Positions 59,945 through 64,000 of a DNA stretch of 64,000 nucleotides are shown piece by piece; within the stretch, counting starts at the first letter, position 1; each line of letters opens with the position of its first letter. The stretch comes from Candidatus Poribacteria bacterium (GTDB taxonomy: Bacteria; Poribacteria; WGA-4E; PCPOR2b), in the NCBI GenBank assembly GCA_965218095.1, contig OZ244587.1, forward strand, positions 2,272,001-2,336,000, given 5' to 3'. The position numbers and the translations under genes are program-made. Under the pieces are notes generated by a model. That model saw nothing but the letters and a program-made list of their open reading frames with translations, was not told where the DNA came from and searched no databases.

Positions 59945-60847
59945 CTACGCCACCAAATCTCTCTCAAACGCTTCCCAAAGTCTCTCAACTAAATCCATCC
60001 GGATTGGGTTGGGCATTCTGGCGATGTGGTGCCGAATACGAATCGAAAAGGTCTCGCCGCTCTTGAAAACATCCGTCCCTGGATAGGCAATGTAGTCCAT
60101 CGCAATGCCGCCCATTCCGGAGGAAAGTCCGGCTGTCGTGGCGAGCTCAGTAAAGATGATGTGACGCCAGCCTTTCGGACTGGGATGACCAATCAACGCC
60201 GGCTGGTGCCACGTATCCGCGACTCTGCCGCCGCCCCGTAAAGCGTGTGGAATCAGCCCTATGCTTTCAAATGTCGATCCAGGCGCAACGATGTAAGCGT
60301 CCAGATGTTTCCCGCCAATGCTTTCAAAACTCCTAAACTCTTTATCCTTAGCCCAATAGAACAGGCTTTTTCCTCTGTTGATTTCTGTATAACAGGCGAA
60401 GAACTGAGCATACTCTACCAGGTCAACAGGACTGCAATTGCGAATCGTTTGCCGGCAATCGTAGGTCAGCACATCGTGGCTATCTTGAGCTCGGAAGAAC
60501 CACTCCTGGTGGGTCTGGATACCGTCACACGTGTACTCACTTGTGACACGCTCGCATGCCTCTCGCTCCTCGTAGCCGGAGGTCGCTGGCGCCAACCGGG
60601 GCCATTTTTCATCTCCACGGCCGTGGTTCTTCCACCACTGCCACTCCCGACTGTCCCACGACCCACCATTGTAAACGAGTTCAAGTCCCTCTTCGACAAC
60701 CACAAAACTAGCGACACCTGTGTGGGTGTGTCCGGCCGTCCGCACCCGAATAGAAGCCAGCAACCGTCCATCTCGATGATGAAGGGGGATGTCACAAAAC
60801 GATTGCCCTTCGGTGTCTTGATATACTCCCTTTCGCTTTGATTCCAT
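59945..60847 (-). CDS. Hypothetical protein (beta-rich, unknown)
   Basis: 300-aa ORF with RBS AAAGGA, co-oriented downstream of the dipeptidase. Confidence 0.6.
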   Translation of the reverse strand: MESKRKGVYQDTEGQSFCDIPLHHRDGRLLASIRVRTAGHTHTGVASFVVVEEGLELVYNGGSWDSREWQWWKNHGRGDEKWPRLAPATSGYEEREACERVTSEYTCDGIQTHQEWFFRAQDSHDVLTYDCRQTIRNCSPVDLVEYAQFFACYTEINRGKSLFYWAKDKEFRSFESIGGKHLDAYIVAPGSTFESIGLIPHALRGGGRVADTWHQPALIGHPSPKGWRHIIFTELATTAGLSSGMGGIAMDYIAYPGTDVFKSGETFSIRIRHHIARMPNPIRMDLVERLWEAFERDLVA

Positions 60848-60896
60848 TGACATTCCTTTTCGCATGTTTGCCTCATGCGTTGGCGCGTGAGTAACG

Positions 60897-61919
60897 CTAT
60901 TCCTCCCAAACTTCCCGAAAGAGCCGCAGCCAGTTTCCGCCAAGAATCTTGGAGGTATCGTCTGGTTTGTAGCCTCGGTTTATCAACGCAGCGGCGAGGT
61001 TTGGAAATTTGTCAGGGGTCTCAAAGCCCTTGGGCGACATAGGTAGCTGGTCATAGCGTATGGATGGATCAGCAAAGGTAGAGGGGTATTTTGTCCCCTG
61101 CTGTGACCCAATATACCGCCAGAAAGACTCCGGCTGGTCCTGCGTAAAGTCAGTCCCAATTCCCACATGGTCAATTCCCACTCGCTCCACCATATCATCT
61201 ATGGCATCCACATAGTCCTCTAGCGTGGATTCAAATTGGGTCGGCAGAAAAGAGGTGATGGAGGTTGCACCTATCACGCCCTTCCGTTCTACCAACAGTT
61301 TCAGTGCTTCGTCTGCCTTGTTTCGCGGGTGGTCGAAATAGGAGCGGGCGTTTGCGTGGGTAATCGCCACAGGTTTGTCCGACAGTTCTATAGCTTCCAA
61401 CGTGGTGCGATCGCCGACATGGGAGAGGTCGATCAGGATACCCAGACGATTCATCTCCCGGACCGCGTCAACACCAAAGTTGCTCAGACCATCGTCTCTA
61501 CGTTCCCAGCACCCATTTCCCAACAGATTCCGCTCATGGTAGGTCAATTGGATGACTCGCATGCCCAGTGCATGAAACAGCGCAAGGCGGTCAAGGTCAT
61601 TCTCAATGGGAGAAGCGTTCTGAGAGCCGAGAATGATCCCCACCTTGCCATCCTTCTTAGCTTGAAATAGCTCGTCTACAGTTCTCACTTGTACGAGGAT
61701 GTCGTCGTACTCTCTGAACCGGTGCTGCCAAGCGGCTATGTTGTCCAAAGTCTCCGGGTAATTTTCCCACGTCGCCACCGTGGCGTTGATGGCCGTAACG
61801 CCGCCGGCGTGTAAGCTCTGGTACACGGCGGGACTATCCCAATTACTCACGTTTAGGCTGTCTATTACGACAGCTTCCTTGTAAAGTTGTGCTCCGGCGT
61901 CTGCTACTGGCGATTTCAT
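60897..61919 (-). CDS. Membrane dipeptidase (M19/renal dipeptidase family)
   Basis: GMRVIQLTY, DGLSNFG, MNRLGILIDLSHVG, THAN..HPRNK, HVGIGTDFT, KILGGNWLR. Confidence 0.92.
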   Translation of the reverse strand: MKSPVADAGAQLYKEAVVIDSLNVSNWDSPAVYQSLHAGGVTAINATVATWENYPETLDNIAAWQHRFREYDDILVQVRTVDELFQAKKDGKVGIILGSQNASPIENDLDRLALFHALGMRVIQLTYHERNLLGNGCWERRDDGLSNFGVDAVREMNRLGILIDLSHVGDRTTLEAIELSDKPVAITHANARSYFDHPRNKADEALKLLVERKGVIGATSITSFLPTQFESTLEDYVDAIDDMVERVGIDHVGIGTDFTQDQPESFWRYIGSQQGTKYPSTFADPSIRYDQLPMSPKGFETPDKFPNLAAALINRGYKPDDTSKILGGNWLRLFREVWEE

Positions 61920-61969
61920 CTTATTCTCCTTCGCTGGAATTGTTCATTGTTGCATTAGAACTAATTTGA

Positions 61970-62389
61970 TTACCGCCTTAGTTTATGGGAGTAGGTGAGG
62001 AATTGAAACCCAAGTTTCAGAAGAGTTGGCTGACTCATTGGTTTGGCATCGACAGCGAGGAAACGAACCCCAAGACGTTTCGCCTCTCTCGCCCGCACGG
62101 CGACCAGGGCGCTATAGAAGCCACGCTTCTGGTAGGCGGGAAGGGTGCAACCCCCGTACAAATAAGCGAAATGAATCGGTCCCATCCAGGAAACTCTGGC
62201 GCAACTAACCGGTGCCCCATCGGCGTACACCACGTACACACTTAGACGCTCGGGGTAATTCTGTAAAGCCTCTGCGATTGCCCGACATTGTGCGCTATAG
62301 TCATCGTGCCACACCTGCTCGTGAATAGACTGAACGATATGAACATCTTTGGGGTCAGTGATACGCCTCACTTCAGCGGAAAGTGTCAT
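61970..62389 (-). CDS. GNAT family N-acetyltransferase (possibly N-terminally truncated)
   Basis: LYGGCTLPAYQKRGFYSALVAVR..VDAKPMSQPTLLKLGF; TGATG overlap with the upstream gene. Confidence 0.75.
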   Translation of the reverse strand: MTLSAEVRRITDPKDVHIVQSIHEQVWHDDYSAQCRAIAEALQNYPERLSVYVVYADGAPVSCARVSWMGPIHFAYLYGGCTLPAYQKRGFYSALVAVRAREAKRLGVRFLAVDAKPMSQPTLLKLGFQFLTYSHKLRR

Positions 62390-63453
62390 CAGGCGTATCG
62401 TTCACGGAGCAACTCTGCTGCCTGACACATCGCCTTGAGCTTCAGATACGCTTCGTCTAGATCCATGGGGTTCTGAACCGACGGCGAGAATCCACAATCC
62501 GGATGCAGTGTAATACGTTCTTTTTCCACATACCGCATGGCTTCCTCCACCCGTGTGACCACATCCTCCGGCGTTTCCACCTGCCGGTTGCAATGGTCGA
62601 TGCACCCGAGACCCAATCGCACATTCTCAGGGAATTGGGCGAGCGACGCCAAACCACCGGCGACAGGGGTGGCGTATTCCATTGAGATCGTACCGACCCG
62701 CACCTTTGCCAGCGCTGGCATAATCAGGCCGTAGGGACCTTCAGTGCCGTGCTTGTGGTCGAAGTGCGCGTGGCACAGATGCATCCCTGTCGCAATGCCT
62801 TCGATTCCGTCCAGCGTTTGGTTAATCAGATCTACACACAGATCCATCTCGTACTGCACGTCAGTAACACCCTCCCTCTCACGAAAGCTGGGATCAACCA
62901 TTGTGCTGAGCCATGGCTCGTCGAGCTGCACCGTGTCCGCGCCGGCTTCGCGGATTAACTTAATTTCCTGCCGCAGGATGGGCACACAATCAGCCATCAG
63001 TTTTTCGCGGGTGGGGTACGCCGCTTTTGAGTGTTCCGGATACCACATCCGCCGGCCAATGATGTAGGGGGCAGGCAAGGTTGCCTTGATGCGTTGTTGG
63101 GTACGCGACCGGATGTAACGAATTTCCTCAACCACCAGGGGGCGGTGATATTCGATCGGCGCCACTACAGCCGGGTAGGGTAATCCACCGCTGGGATTGA
63201 GATCGGGGTGAAATCCCCGCACGCGCTCGGCAAAGACCTTGACGTAACTTTCTCGACGCCATTCACCATCGGTGAGCTCGTCCAATCCTGCTTGCTCTTG
63301 CAGCCGCAGAATCGATTCGATGGCCGGGTCGAGCAGGCGGTCGGTTTCTTCGTCGGAAATCTGCCCATTCTTGCGGTCCAGAATGAGCTCCCGCACCCAG
63401 GCCAGTCGGGGCAGGCTACCGATGACAGTCGTGGGAAACAGTGTGTTTGTCAT
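62389..63453 (-). CDS. Cobalamin-independent methionine synthase II family (MetE C-terminal-like)
   Basis: TTVIGSLPR, QEQAGLDELTDGEWRR, VQLDEP, HLC, SMEY, HPDCGF zinc ligands. Confidence 0.9.
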   Translation of the reverse strand: MTNTLFPTTVIGSLPRLAWVRELILDRKNGQISDEETDRLLDPAIESILRLQEQAGLDELTDGEWRRESYVKVFAERVRGFHPDLNPSGGLPYPAVVAPIEYHRPLVVEEIRYIRSRTQQRIKATLPAPYIIGRRMWYPEHSKAAYPTREKLMADCVPILRQEIKLIREAGADTVQLDEPWLSTMVDPSFREREGVTDVQYEMDLCVDLINQTLDGIEGIATGMHLCHAHFDHKHGTEGPYGLIMPALAKVRVGTISMEYATPVAGGLASLAQFPENVRLGLGCIDHCNRQVETPEDVVTRVEEAMRYVEKERITLHPDCGFSPSVQNPMDLDEAYLKLKAMCQAAELLRERYA

Positions 63454-63534
63454 GATAAGTTTTCCTCTTCTTAAATCTTATATCAATAGGGATTACGCAG
63501 TCATCCCAATCATTTCGCAATTCATCTGCCTCTT

Positions 63535-63898
63535 GCATCCTGTTGTCTAACGATACAGTAATGGCATCAAAAAACGGACTGCTTCCCGTCCCGGTTGGAT
63601 CAATCTGCGTGGTGGGAAGTGAAAAATCGAAGCCCAAAATGGGCTCGGCGGCAATAATGGGAAAACTCTGTTCAAGGGTCGCGATAAAGAGTCCGTCGGC
63701 GAATTGCCCGGTCTTGAACTCTGCAACATTATTCCCGCCAACGTCCGTGACAAAGATAAAAGGGGACGGGGAGAGCGGCGTGTCGAACTCATCAAACGCT
63801 GGGACCATCCAGCCGGTGAGATCACCTGTCGCAAAGTCACCGTTGACAACACTGCTGGCGAGGACATTCCCCGCCCCAAAAGTACAAAGAACACCGAT
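63535..63898 (-). pseudogene. Secreted protein fragment interrupted in its signal peptide by IS5
   Basis: ..AGNVLA|SSVVNGDFATGDLTGW.. typical of PEP-CTERM-like exported proteins; abuts the IS end. Confidence 0.45.
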
Positions 63899-63900
63899 TA

Positions 63901-64000
63901 GGTTCTGTTGACATTTCAACGGAGCCATATAAGAGTGGAGACAAAGCTGAGAAATCCAAAATAACGGACAGCTAGCTTCTCAAACCGAGAGAAGATACGA
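63901..64000 (-). mobile_element. IS5-family element, copy 3 (right end, runs out of the window)
   Basis: TA + GGTTCTGTTGACATTT and transposase C-terminus nearly identical to copies 1 and 2. Confidence 0.9.

Noticed and set aside
63416-63928. 170-aa ORF as an intact gene
   Set aside because: Its first residues (MAPLKCQQNL) derive from the IS5 terminal repeat; it is a chimera with an interrupted exported-protein fragment.

Overview
Bacterial chromosomal window of moderate GC content. A C-terminal '...LFTTWGEIKR' motif, four PhyH dioxygenases and many sugar-acid catabolic enzymes suggest Candidatus Poribacteria; this is an inference. The housekeeping core is rplM-rpsI-purA plus tRNA-Lys(TTT) and tRNA-Glu(TTC). 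Around it lie accessory catabolic clusters (16.9-25.4 kb and 52.2-63.5 kb), an orphan GlmL-like ATPase with a small partner gene, an atypical transketolase, and a TlpA / DUF3179 / Cys-repeat YceI / Crp cluster (41.5-45.3 kb). There are five IS copies with definable ends: one DDE IS with a 6-bp TSD, one IS4-like element with a 10-bp TSD, and three IS5-family copies. Several MITE-like shells carry REP-like palindromes, and degenerate heptamer repeats sit at gene ends. Gene decay is heavy, with about 15 pseudogenes or fragments, several caused by short tandem duplications or a perfect palindrome. The most striking element is a secreted YceI protein bracketed by 15 codon-diversified (N/S)PC tripeptides. 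No CRISPR array, rRNA or prophage was seen.
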